DNA of 64,000 nucleotides from an uncultured Verrucomicrobiae bacterium (GTDB lineage Bacteria > Verrucomicrobiota > Verrucomicrobiia > Chthoniobacterales > JAFAMB01): the NCBI GenBank assembly GCA_963813025.1, contig CAWEXO010000004.1:114308-178307 (forward strand). The letters run 5' to 3'. This document shows positions 23,279 to 33,627 of this stretch, piece after piece (the first letter of the stretch is position 1; the number at the start of each line of letters is the position of its first letter). The notes beneath the pieces are model-generated. The model was not told the DNA's origin. It saw only the letters and a program-made list of their open reading frames with translations, and did no database searches. The position numbers were made by a program, and so were the translations under genes.

Positions 23279-24111
23279 CTAGAGCCAGGCAGAAAGTACC
23301 CAAGTCCGCTTGCTGTGGGACCATATCCCCTTTGGCTGCTCAGGGGATATAACTGGCCCAAGGAACGTTTGGACTTCAGAGATGACTTCACGGAACGCTT
23401 TCGGAGCGTGGGGCAAGTCGGCTCTCTTTATAAAGGCGCTCCAGTCATTTTGATGTCGTTCTGCGAAGTCTTCAGAGAAAGCCGGAATTTCGTCCGGCAC
23501 TGTTGTGCTAGCCACCAAATATCGAAGAAGTCCTTCATTCGGCTGTTTATCTCGCCCAAGTTGACAGCGGCCTGAAGTTTTTCGGCGATTACGCTTTCCC
23601 GGCTGTAGCACTTTATGCGAGGTGCCGGAAAATCCTCAAGCAAAGTGAGAAGCTCTTCAACCCGCGCTTTCGGATAAACGACATCACCGAACCCCGCATC
23701 CAACACCATTGGGAGCTGGGTAGTACCTAGCAAGCCGCGAAAACGAACCCTGAATCCAGGATATTCTGAATTTTCCGTGATGCGCTCCATACTCATTGAG
23801 GATGTCTCAAAAGTGACGCCATCTGGTTGTACTTCTAAAGCTGCAATCTCTTCAATCTGTTGAATCACATCTTCAGGTGTCCCATCGGCACCCAGAAAGT
23901 CGATATCTCCTGTAGGTCGAGCAATATCGGATTTCCAGACTCGAAGCAATAACGCGCCTTTCAGGATGAAGCTATCGACCCGCGCGGATTTAGACAGCCG
24001 ATAGAGAAAACGCTCCATGACATAATGCTGGGCAGTCTCGTTAAAGGCCCTCCCGCGTTTTTTGCTTAGATTAAGAAGCCTGTCGTGAACCGATTTGCTT
24101 AGATTCTTCAA
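23279..24111 (-). pseudogene. abiEii: AbiEii-family nucleotidyltransferase toxin with frameshift/internal deletion near 23500
   Basis: ILKGALLL, RPTGDIDF, AEKLQA, NSRMKDFFDI; C-terminus continues in another frame. Confidence 0.8.
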
Positions 24112-24719
24112 GAAAGAGCCTTCACGTAAGGGAGCATAACGCCCTCAACTCGGCATATTTTCGCGCAGATCATTAGCTCTTGGGCATTGAACTTCTTCCG
24201 CGCCCTGTAGAGTTTTAGCGCTTCGATAGCCACGTCCTCACCGACCTGATTGCGAAGCTTAAAGCAGTCCGCAATGGTTTTTTCAGAACTGTAAATCCGG
24301 ACCTTAACGCGATCGATCCTGTGCTCTTCAATTCCGTAATCAAAGCTGACGCCTGAAAAGTGATGCACGTCCACCGGAGGATATTCAATCCGAGGCGGCT
24401 CCCCTGATTTGGGTATCGCAATAGAGACGGCGTGCGGAATCTGGGTCGTGATATCGTGGAACGAAAGCGCAGATATCAGGCAGACAACAGACCTCGGCGC
24501 CCTGGCCGCGACGATTACAAGGTCAGGGTTTGCAAGTGGTTTTCCTCGTTTGAGCCGGAAAATACCTCGGGATAGCTTTTCCAGTGTCCCCGCGTTCTGA
24601 AGGCGATAAAGGGCATTGGCCCCCACGCCTTCATGAGCTGCGTCGCTGGTGCGCACGAGCCCCCCGTGGCTCTTTGCGATCGAAATAGCCTTTTCTGGCA
24701 TCGTCATTTTGCCTTTCAT
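24108..24719 (-). CDS. abiEi: AbiEi-family type IV antitoxin
   Basis: LEKLSRGIF, CLISALSFHDITTQIP, YSSEKTIADCFK; overlaps toxin start. Confidence 0.88.
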   Translation of the reverse strand: MKGKMTMPEKAISIAKSHGGLVRTSDAAHEGVGANALYRLQNAGTLEKLSRGIFRLKRGKPLANPDLVIVAARAPRSVVCLISALSFHDITTQIPHAVSIAIPKSGEPPRIEYPPVDVHHFSGVSFDYGIEEHRIDRVKVRIYSSEKTIADCFKLRNQVGEDVAIEALKLYRARKKFNAQELMICAKICRVEGVMLPYVKALS

Positions 24720-25062
24720 GTCTATAAATACCTATCGATTGTATATTTTGATTGGTAAATATTTACATTTTTTGGTGTTTTTGCAAATTAAAATCACATT
24801 CGTGAATTTGTCGGCGGTTTGTCGACTGAACCCCTAGGGAGTGTCGACAGCGCCTGAATGCCGGGGCTGGGGTGCGCTCACCCCTAGAATGCCCTAGAAA
24901 CAATTTTGATTAGGTGGGCTGGTAAGAGATACCACCCGAAATGCTGGGCAAAAAGAACGCCGATCACCGAGTGACTTGGACGCAAATAGGGCTCGACAGA
25001 GCAATTGTAGATATACAGAACTTGGTTTATTGAGTTCTTAGAGGAGAGAGGAAATATCAATT

Positions 25063-25434
25063 ATGGGACTGAATCCGACCGATCCGAAGCCAGATGAAAT
25101 CTCCTTCGCGAAAGCCTATAAGGCTATCCGCGCGTGGTACCAAGGCAATGTGCAACGCATAAACAGCCGAACTGATGACTACTCGTGTCGCTCAGTCCTG
25201 CTCATCAATTCATTGCCACCATTCTCCGCTCTGAGTGACTTGGAGTGCCGCGCAATATTTGGCGAGGTTATTTATGGATTGCTTGAATGGGCATTCCACG
25301 AGACCAACGGACGGTATAAAATGGCGGCATACGCATTTGCGGCGCTTGAGGGGGCCGGACTCTCATTCAATCTGACGCCGGAGGAGCAAGCCAAACTGAA
25401 AAGCGGCAGTTTGTGGCCCTATCTTTCTTTTTAA
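25063..25434 (+). CDS. Hypothetical protein
   Basis: Purine-rich RBS (GAGGAGAGAGG), 123-aa ORF. Confidence 0.55.
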   Translation: MGLNPTDPKPDEISFAKAYKAIRAWYQGNVQRINSRTDDYSCRSVLLINSLPPFSALSDLECRAIFGEVIYGLLEWAFHETNGRYKMAAYAFAALEGAGLSFNLTPEEQAKLKSGSLWPYLSF

Positions 25435-25473
25435 CCGAGACGGAAGAGCCGTCTAGGATTTTTTTGACCGAGG

Positions 25474-25650
25474 TTTCTACGGCGGTTGAAAAGGTGGTGT
25501 GACCAGAAGCGCGGGCGTCGATCGGAAGTGGCAACCCTGTTGCGCATCCACAATCAGGCCATATCGAACCTTCTGGCGGGACGGCAACAGCTTACCGGAG
25601 AACAGGCCCTGACGGTTCTGGAATTCCTGGATTCTCAGGGAGAGAAGTAG
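25474..25650 (+). pseudogene. Cro/XRE-type HTH protein, start lost (not in ORF track)
   Basis: FLRRLKRWCDQKRGRRSEVATLLRIHNQAISNLLAGRQQLTGEQALTVLEFL. Confidence 0.55.
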
Positions 25651-25749
25651 GCGGGGCACAATACCGCGACATGGGCGCAACAGATCACCCTCAACCGAAC
25701 TCAACCGTCCCCAGCAAAACTGCTGGCGGCAGCGCCTGAAAGGCCTTTG

Positions 25750-27685
25750 TTACTGGCTAATACCCAAATACCGGCGGCCACCCCGCGACACAGCAAGGGC
25801 ATCGGCGGGCAGCATGCGCTGGCCACCTAGCATCTCCGCCCCTAGGTCTTGGAGGTCAGCCGGATTGTTTGACATTTTTATGGCGTCCATTCCGCCCGGT
25901 TTGTTGATATTGACGGTCCGCGGCGGAGTTGTGGTTGTGTACGCCGTTCCGCTAAAATCGCCAAAGCTGTAGTCTCCGGAAAGATTGGTCACTGAAGGAG
26001 ATATTGTCAAAAGTTGTGTATTGGGAACGGGCGCATCCTTTGAAATGATCGATTAAGCGGCCTGTTGGGTTTGTTCTTCGCCATCGACGAACCGGACACC
26101 AGTAACTACCTTTGGGATCAGTTCGAAGCCCTGAAGCCGGCGCCAATGCTTTTGGGCTTCCAGACCGAGTTTAAAGACCATTGTCAGTGTCGCGATTCGT
26201 GAACCGCAACCCTTTGTTCGGTGAGTTCGTAATCGGACGGTAGCAAAGGTGGATTCGATGGGGTTGGTGGTCCGTAAATGCGGCCAATGTTGGGCTGGGA
26301 AGTCGTAAAAGGTAAACAGGACTTCTTTATCTTTGTCCAAGCATTCGCAGGCTTTTGGGAACTTGATTTGGTAACTGGAGATGAACTGATCGTAGGCCGC
26401 CAGAGCTGCTTTGCGGGTCGGCGCCAGGTACATTTCATGGATGAGTTGCTTAGCTTTACCTTGCACACTCTTGGGCATTTTATCCAGGATGTTGGCTGTC
26501 TTATGCACCCAACAACGTTGCTGGGCGATCGGGCCATATTCTTCCTGCAGAGCGATCCAGAAGCCGAGCGAACCGTCACCGATGGCCAACTTCGGCGCGG
26601 CGGACAGGCCTAGGCGTTTGAGCTGCCCAAGCAGTTCACGCCAGGATTGGGTGCTTTCGCGATAACCGTCGACAACAGCTAAGAGTTCTTTGGTGCCATC
26701 CTCGGTGGCTCCGATCAAGACCAGCACGCAGGTTCGCTCTTCGTCGAGTCGGACGTTGAAATAGACGCCGTCGGCCCACCAATAAACGTAACGCTTCTGC
26801 CTCAAGTCACGCTGAGTCCATGCCTTGTAATCGGCTTCCCAACTGCTCTTGAGTCTGACGATGTTGGTGGCTGAAAGCCCACTGGCTCCTTCGCCCAAAA
26901 TCGCTGTCAACGCTTCGCTGAAATCTCCGGTTGAGATCCCTTTGAGGTAAAGGGCTGGAATCAAAGCATCGACGCTGGGAGCCCGACGCATATACTTGGG
27001 CAGAATCGCGCTGGAAAATCGACCTTGGTCGCGATGCCGGATCCGTGGCTGACGAACCCGGATCGGACCCACTCCACTGACCACCTCCCGCTCCGGCAGA
27101 TGTCCATTGCGTACCACCAGCCGCTGCCCATTCTCATCCCGCTGATCTTTGTGGAATTGGATATAGTCGATCACCTCATTCTCGATTGCCGCCTGTAACA
27201 GCTTCCTGGCCCCTTCCTGCAGTAACTGTTCCAGGAAGGGCTTCTCTTCATCTTTTGCTCGCTCATCAAGCGAGACCACTTTATTCTCTGGCATTGGTGC
27301 ATCCTTTCTTTTTGGCGTCCTCGAGTGAGGCTGCCGTGTTTCTTTTTCTCACTGAAAGGATGCGCCTTTCTTTATCTCCTCATCCACAAAATTCGGTTAT
27401 AGCTCTCACTGAATGTCCGGGCAGCGTAAAGGAGGACACGCGGCCCGTATCTTGGAATCCGGTAATGACGAAGTAACGATAGCCGTGCTGAAGCGTAACG
27501 TCCGCACACCTTATGAGTAACATCCCGAGCATTCGCCTCTCAGTAGTGAATCCATTGCCGGAAAAAGTTACGATTGCGGTGTCAGGCCCGGTCATTACAT
27601 CGCTGAATCCACCGGTAAAGCCTTCAGGCTGATAAGCTGTTGCGCAGCCGGCGAGCAGCAGGGGGAGCAACAAAAACCTTTTCAT
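25750..27685 (-). pseudogene. Lipoprotein (CC0125/CC1285-like) split by IS256
   Basis: Lipobox LLLAGC; ATAYQPEGFTGGFSD, GYRYFVI; frame restored across TSD (PGHSV-TNLSG). Confidence 0.75.
25997..27405 (-). mobile_element. IS256-family element, intact transposase 26053-27294
   Basis: 8-bp TSD TCACTGAA at 25989 and 27406; 413-aa DDE transposase. Confidence 0.95.
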
Positions 27686-27844
27686 GAGTGTTTCGTTTTG
27701 GACTGTACGCCTAAAAAGAGACGCCCGCTACCGAGTGGCGACGGGCGCGTTGCCGGGGCTGGGGGGCTTTATTTTGCCCTTTGCTATGCCTGGCAAGGCA
27801 CGCAACAGTTACCGAAAGGCTAGGGACACTGTTCCGATCGCTGT

Positions 27845-28494
27845 TCAATCCGTCGATTGCGCGGGAAGCACCGTGATCGGCGGCAACTTATGCTCGTTTG
27901 TGAGTTGATCCTCGACGACAAGGTGTACCTTGAGCGGCTTTTCTGGCTTAAGCACTTTTGAAAGACTGCACTGGATTATCAGGTTTCTTGTCTCCGCGTT
28001 CGGAATTGTATCTTCCTCGCGGGTGTACTGGTATGTCCCGCTTGTGATCGTGACCCGAGCGTGAATCAAGCCTTTCGCAAGGGGTCCAAGCAGACGCACT
28101 TTCAACAAGCGTACCGGCAACCCAGGCTTAGACCCAGGCACATGGGTGACGTACCATCTTGTGACGATTACCAGGATGGGCTTGTCACCCTGCGCGCCGA
28201 TCGTCCATTGACTAAGTGGGAAGCCCATCGCAACAAAGCGAAGAGTGACGCGAGACTGTTTCTCCCCCGTCTTAGACAGGCGGCTCAAAGAAGACCATAC
28301 TTTCAGAAACGCCCAACGTAGGGTTTATGAAACCATACTGCCGCACCCAGGATAACCACCACGGCCCCAAGAGGGTTAAGCCATGCACCGTTTTCCGCGA
28401 GCCAGTTATTTGCCGTTTCGAACAATGCTAGAACAATACGGGAGCGCACTTTCAGGTGCCAGTGAGCACGACCGAAAGCAATCCCCACCGCCAC
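27845..28494 (-). pseudogene. Hypothetical membrane protein split across two frames
   Basis: TM segment in 28303-28494 followed by 27845-28288 ORF. Confidence 0.35.
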
Positions 28495-28589
28495 AGTGAC
28501 GTAGACTCGGAATTGTAGTGCGACTCAATTGCGACTGAGCTTGTTTCTCAAGGCTACTGCATTGCACGTCGATCCGCTCTAGGACCTAA

Positions 28590-28663
<74 letters not shown>

Positions 28664-28712
28664 GTCGAGCGGTAATCATAGCGCAGCTCGGCGGAATGCA
28701 TATTGAAAAAAG

Positions 28713-28905
28713 GTCCCGCGTTCCGAGTCCCTGGTCTCAAGTCCCCAGTGGTTGGCGAGCAGCACAACCCGGCACTTGGGAGTAGGGCTCGGGCCCGGCA
28801 CTAAGGACCAGGGAGTGGGACTTGGCACTCGGCAGTGCGATGGCACGCGTGACCCGCGACTTACGCGCATGCGGAACTAGTGACCCGCTACACGCAACCA
28901 AGCTC
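28713..28905. repeat. Degenerate heptamer tandem repeats, inverted arrangement
   Basis: gtcccgc/gttccga/gtccctg/gtctcaa opposed by gggactt/ggcactc/ggcagtg units. Confidence 0.55.
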
Positions 28906-28952
28906 GGCAGCTCCTCGTTGCGCTTTCGGCGGGGATGGGGTTGAGTCCGGCC

Positions 28953-29492
28953 ATGAGATCAACCGCTGAGTACCTCGTGTTGGCTGGATCACTGCGGGCC
29001 GTCAGCCGGAGTCGGGCGCTGGCGCATGCGCTCCTGGATTTCTATCGTTCTCGTCTGCTGTCCGCTCGGCTGCTGGATTTGCGCGAACTCTCCCTGCCAT
29101 TCTGTGACGCCGGTGATGCCTACGAAAATCCATCAGTGATCGAGTGTTCCGAGATCATTTTAGCCGCCCGAGTGGTCATCCTGGCGACACCAATTTATAA
29201 TTTCGACGTCAGTGCGGCGGTGAAGAATCTAATCGAACTCACCGGCGACTCTTGGGAAAACAAGGTGGTCGGGTTTCTTTGCGCAGCCGGAGGCAGATCG
29301 AGCTACATGTCGGTCATGGCTTTGGCTAATAGTCTGATTCTCGATTTTCGTTGCCTTATTATTCCGCGATTCGTTTATGTTACCAGCGAGGATTTGGCCG
29401 ATAATCTGGAAATTTCCGACGCAGTGAGAAATCGGGTCTGCCAGTTAGGCGAGACTTCAATTACCACTCGCAACGGGGAACGCCCGGACTAA
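28953..29492 (+). CDS. NADPH-dependent FMN reductase family protein
   Basis: GSLRAVSRS, ATPIYNFDVSAAVKNLIE. Confidence 0.88.
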   Translation: MRSTAEYLVLAGSLRAVSRSRALAHALLDFYRSRLLSARLLDLRELSLPFCDAGDAYENPSVIECSEIILAARVVILATPIYNFDVSAAVKNLIELTGDSWENKVVGFLCAAGGRSSYMSVMALANSLILDFRCLIIPRFVYVTSEDLADNLEISDAVRNRVCQLGETSITTRNGERPD

Positions 29493-29542
29493 ACTTGATC
29501 TCTTCGCACTTCCTTTGCCAAAGTGAGGAGCGGGCTGGCGCC

Positions 29543-30529
29543 ATGCAATTATCACCGAAGCAGCAGGAGAAGCTCGACCTGGCTGCCCGTGCCGCCTGGC
29601 TGTACTACGTTGCGGGAGATACACAGCATGAGATTGCCCAGAAACTGCATGTCTCTCGGCCAACGGCTCAACGGTTAGTCGCGCTCGCGCTGGAAAAAGG
29701 GATAGTCAAAGTGCGAGTACATCATCCGGTGGCCGACTGTCTGGCCATGGCGCAACAGCTGCGGCGGAAGTTCGGACTTTCACTGTGCGAGGTTGTGCCT
29801 TCTGACCGCGACGACGCCGGCGCGGTGCTGCGCACGGTTGCCGTGACTGGCGCTCGGGTGATGGAGAGTTTCATTCAAAAGAAAAAACCACAAATTATCG
29901 GGCTGAGTTCCGGCCGGACGCTCAAGGCGGTGGTGGAGGAACTCACCGAAGTAGATCGACCTGCTCATCGGTTCCTTTCGCTGATTGGCACCATGGCGCG
30001 CGATGGTTCCAGCAACCGGTACGATGTCGCGCTGCGGATAGCGGAAAAGACCGGCGGCAAATATTTTCTGCTGCCCGCCCCGCTCCTCGCGGATTCGCCC
30101 GGCGAACGAAGCCAATGGTGCAATCACCGGCTTTACCGCGCCGTCGAGAACTTATCGGCCAATGCGGATGCAACCTTTGTTGGGATTGGTGAGTTTGGGG
30201 CCAGTTGTCCCTTGCACCGAGATGGATTTCTCACTCGGAAAGAGGTGAGTGAACTCTCGCAAAGCGGGGCCGTCGGCGAAATTCTGGGATGGGCGTTCGA
30301 TCAGGAGGGGAAATTAGTGCGCACCGCGGTCGCCTCGCGGGTCACGAGCATAGGGCTGCGACCGTTTTCGGCCCGGCCGGTGATCGCTTTCGCGGCAGGC
30401 CGGCAGAAATTGGAGGCGATTCGCGGTGCATTGCGCGGCCGGCTAATCACCGGGTTGGTCACCGATGAAGTTTGCGCGCGAGTCTTGCTCGAAGGGCCAA
30501 AGACCGGGAATCATTCCACGGCTTCCTAG
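29543..30529 (+). CDS. SorC/DeoR-family sugar-binding transcriptional regulator
   Basis: AAWLYYVAGDTQHEIAQKLHVSRPTAQRL; LVTDE. Confidence 0.92.
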   Translation: MQLSPKQQEKLDLAARAAWLYYVAGDTQHEIAQKLHVSRPTAQRLVALALEKGIVKVRVHHPVADCLAMAQQLRRKFGLSLCEVVPSDRDDAGAVLRTVAVTGARVMESFIQKKKPQIIGLSSGRTLKAVVEELTEVDRPAHRFLSLIGTMARDGSSNRYDVALRIAEKTGGKYFLLPAPLLADSPGERSQWCNHRLYRAVENLSANADATFVGIGEFGASCPLHRDGFLTRKEVSELSQSGAVGEILGWAFDQEGKLVRTAVASRVTSIGLRPFSARPVIAFAAGRQKLEAIRGALRGRLITGLVTDEVCARVLLEGPKTGNHSTAS

Positions 30530-30631
30530 CTTGACTTTTGCTCCGAGAGGCAGCAGTGGTTTAGTTTGGATGGCTCTTTTTTTTGGGAGCATCTCTTCTC
30601 TCCCCCTAAAACGTATCGCCCGCATCTATCC

Positions 30632-31945
30632 ATGATAAAATCAATTGTGTTTTCAGCTCTGGGTCTACTCCTGCTTGGAGCAGCGGCATCTGCGCAGCAA
30701 AAGGAGGTGACGATTGCCACCGTAAATAATCCGGACATGATCGAGCTGAAAAAGCTCTCCTCGAAATTCACGGAGAAAAATCCCGACATCAGATTGAATT
30801 GGGTCATCGTCGAAGAGAATGTTCTTCGGCAACGAGTTACAACTGACGTCTCGCAAGGGAGCGGACAGTTCGACATCATTTTTATCGGTCTGTACGAAAC
30901 TCCGATCTTTGCCAAACGAGGATGGCTCCGCTCCTTTGATAATTTGCCGGCTGACTACGACCTGGATGACGTCTTTAAATCCCTCCGGGACGGGCTTTCT
31001 TACCAGGGAAAACTCTATGCGCTGCCTTTTTATGGCGAGAGCTCCATGCTGATGTATCGCAAGGATTTGTTTGATGCCAAAGGCCTCAAGATGCCCGATC
31101 AGCCGAAATATGAGGACATCGCTAAGTTTGCCGATGCTTTGACAGACAAGGCCAAGGGCATGTACGGCATTACCCTCCGGGGACAGCCCGGTTGGGGGGA
31201 AAATATGGCTTTTCTCTCGACGTTAGTTAACACGTTTGGCGGCACTTGGTTCGACATGCAATGGCATCCGACGATCGACACGCCGGAATGGAAGAAGGCG
31301 ATCACGTTTTACATTGATCTGATGAAGAAGGATGGGCCGCCCGGAGCGACCTCCAACGGGTTTAATGAGAATCTTACTCTGATGACCAGCGGTAAAGCCG
31401 CCATGTGGATTGACGCCACTGTAGCTGGAGGCATGCTGGAGAGCCAAAAACAATCGCAAGTGGCTGGCAAAATGGGCTACGCTCCGTCTCCGATTGAGGT
31501 GACGCCAAATGGCTCGCATTGGTTGTGGTCCTGGGCTTTCAGTATTCCGAAGAAAGCCAAACAACCGGAAGCCGCGGAAAAGTTCGCGGTTTGGGCTACT
31601 TCCAAGGATTATGTCAAGCTGGTTGCGGAAGATCTCGGCTGGGCTTCAGCGCCTCCCGGGACTCGGAAGTCGACCTACGCCAATCCTGAGTATCAGAAAG
31701 CGGCTCCCTTTGCCGCCACGACTCTCCAGGCACTCGAGACTGCCGATCCCACCAATCCGGCCATCAGGAAGGTGCCTTACATCGGGATACAGTTTGTCGG
31801 GATTCCGGAATTTCAGTCCATTGGCACCGTCGTCGGTCAAAACATCGCCGGTGCGCTGGCTGGGAAGATGTCCCTCGATCAGGCTCTTAAAAATAGTCAG
31901 TCTGCGGCCGAACGTGCAATGGTCCAGGGCGGCTATCTAAAGTGA
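30632..31945 (+). CDS. Polyol (sorbitol/mannitol) ABC transporter substrate-binding protein
   Basis: TIATVNNPDMI, LPFYGESS, WLWSWA, QFVGIPEFQ (SmoE/MtlE-like). Confidence 0.9.
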   Translation: MIKSIVFSALGLLLLGAAASAQQKEVTIATVNNPDMIELKKLSSKFTEKNPDIRLNWVIVEENVLRQRVTTDVSQGSGQFDIIFIGLYETPIFAKRGWLRSFDNLPADYDLDDVFKSLRDGLSYQGKLYALPFYGESSMLMYRKDLFDAKGLKMPDQPKYEDIAKFADALTDKAKGMYGITLRGQPGWGENMAFLSTLVNTFGGTWFDMQWHPTIDTPEWKKAITFYIDLMKKDGPPGATSNGFNENLTLMTSGKAAMWIDATVAGGMLESQKQSQVAGKMGYAPSPIEVTPNGSHWLWSWAFSIPKKAKQPEAAEKFAVWATSKDYVKLVAEDLGWASAPPGTRKSTYANPEYQKAAPFAATTLQALETADPTNPAIRKVPYIGIQFVGIPEFQSIGTVVGQNIAGALAGKMSLDQALKNSQSAAERAMVQGGYLK

Positions 31946-32025
31946 TGTGCGGTAACCCCGTGGCTGCCGCCGACGATCCACTTCTTGCTGACCCGGTAAA
32001 CTGAAATTAGCAGAAAGGAGCAGCC

Positions 32026-33525
32026 ATTGCGACCAAGCTCAATCAGGCGAATCTAAAGTCGCTCTCCGGCACCAGCCGGATTCCTACTTACGATCGCCAG
32101 AAAGTTGGACAGCAGATTGTCCATATCGGGGTGGGTGGCTTTCATCGGGCCCACCAAGCCGTGTACGCGGACGATCTCTTTATGCAAAGTGGGCCATCGG
32201 AGTGGGGGATCGCCGGGGTTGGACTACTCGAACATGACGCCCGGATTCGGGACGTTCTGCGTGCACAGGACTATCTCTATACGGTGGTCGAGCGCGATGC
32301 GTCAGGCGATCGGGCGAGAATTGTCGGGTCACACCGCGGGTTCATTTTTGCGCCAGGAGAGCCGGAGGTGCTGCTCGAGAAGATGGCTTCACCCGATTGC
32401 CGGATTGTTTCCCTGACCATCACGGAAGGCGGTTACTACGTGAATCAGGGAACGGGTCAATTCGACGCCGAGCATCCAGACATTCGGCACGATTTGGCTA
32501 ATCCGGGGAAGCCAAAGTGCTCCTACGGGTATCTCGCGGCCGCCTTGGCGAGGCGTCGGGAACGGGACCTGGAGCCGTTCACCCTGATGTCGTGCGACAA
32601 TCTTCAAAGCAATGGGGATGTGTTGCGAAGGATGTTTTTGTCCTTCACTGAAATGCTCGATCCGGCGCTGAACAACTGGCTGACTCAAAAGGGCTCCTTT
32701 CCAAACAGTATGGTCGATCGCATCACTCCGGCCACCACGGACGAACATCGCGCGCTGGTCAGGGAGAAATTTGGAATCGACGACGGATGGCCAGTTGTAA
32801 CCGAACCGTTTCGTCAGTGGGTGATTGAGGATCGGTTTCCGACCGGCCGTCCGGCTTGGGAAGAAGTCGGCGCCCAGATGACGTCCGATGTGCTGCCCTA
32901 TGAGAAGATGAAGATTCGTCTGCTCAACGCCAGCCATCAAGCGATGTGCTACATCGGAATGCTTCTCGGCTATTCCTTTGCCAACGAGACGATGGAGGAC
33001 GAACAGATCCGCACATTGGTACAGAGAATGATGGACGAGGAGGTGACGCCGCTGCTGCCTCCAGTGCCCGGCATCGATCTCGCCGAATACAAGAAAACCC
33101 TGATCGAGCGCTTCTCCAATCCCGCAATTCGTGACCAACTGTCACGAATAGGGACGGAAGGCTCCGCCCGCATCCCTAAGTTCGTCCTGCCTTCAATTTT
33201 GGAGCAACTGGAACGGGGCGGACCGATTCGGAAGCTGAGTTTTACGGTGGCTAGTTGGTTTCGGTATCTTAAGGGAACGGACGATCAAGGAAAAGAGATG
33301 CCCATCATCGATCCGTGGGCAGAAAAATTGCGAGCGGCTGCTCAGGCTAGTCGCGAGCGGCCGGATGAGTTTCTCAAAATTCGGGAATTGTTCGGCGACG
33401 TTCTTCCTTCAAACGAACGCTTTGTTCGAGAAGTGGGCACGGTTTTGCGAGACTTCTACGAGCTTGGCGCACGCGCAACTCTGGCGAAGGACAACACGGG
33501 CCCAACGACAGACGGACGTGAATAA
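32026..33525 (+). CDS. Mannitol dehydrogenase family protein; apparent ATT start
   Basis: IVHIGVGGFHRAHQA, SLTITEGGY, SCDNL, NSMVDRITP, KIRLLNASH; AAGGAG 5 nt before in-frame ATT. Confidence 0.9.
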   Translation: MATKLNQANLKSLSGTSRIPTYDRQKVGQQIVHIGVGGFHRAHQAVYADDLFMQSGPSEWGIAGVGLLEHDARIRDVLRAQDYLYTVVERDASGDRARIVGSHRGFIFAPGEPEVLLEKMASPDCRIVSLTITEGGYYVNQGTGQFDAEHPDIRHDLANPGKPKCSYGYLAAALARRRERDLEPFTLMSCDNLQSNGDVLRRMFLSFTEMLDPALNNWLTQKGSFPNSMVDRITPATTDEHRALVREKFGIDDGWPVVTEPFRQWVIEDRFPTGRPAWEEVGAQMTSDVLPYEKMKIRLLNASHQAMCYIGMLLGYSFANETMEDEQIRTLVQRMMDEEVTPLLPPVPGIDLAEYKKTLIERFSNPAIRDQLSRIGTEGSARIPKFVLPSILEQLERGGPIRKLSFTVASWFRYLKGTDDQGKEMPIIDPWAEKLRAAAQASRERPDEFLKIRELFGDVLPSNERFVREVGTVLRDFYELGARATLAKDNTGPTTDGRE

Positions 33526-33627
33526 TCTTGACCGGGCAACGACATTGACCTTACCAAAATAACAACCTCCAACAATTCGCGGCGCGGGCTGCCGTCTTCA
33601 TTCACCCCCTCCTGAGAAAATTTAAAA

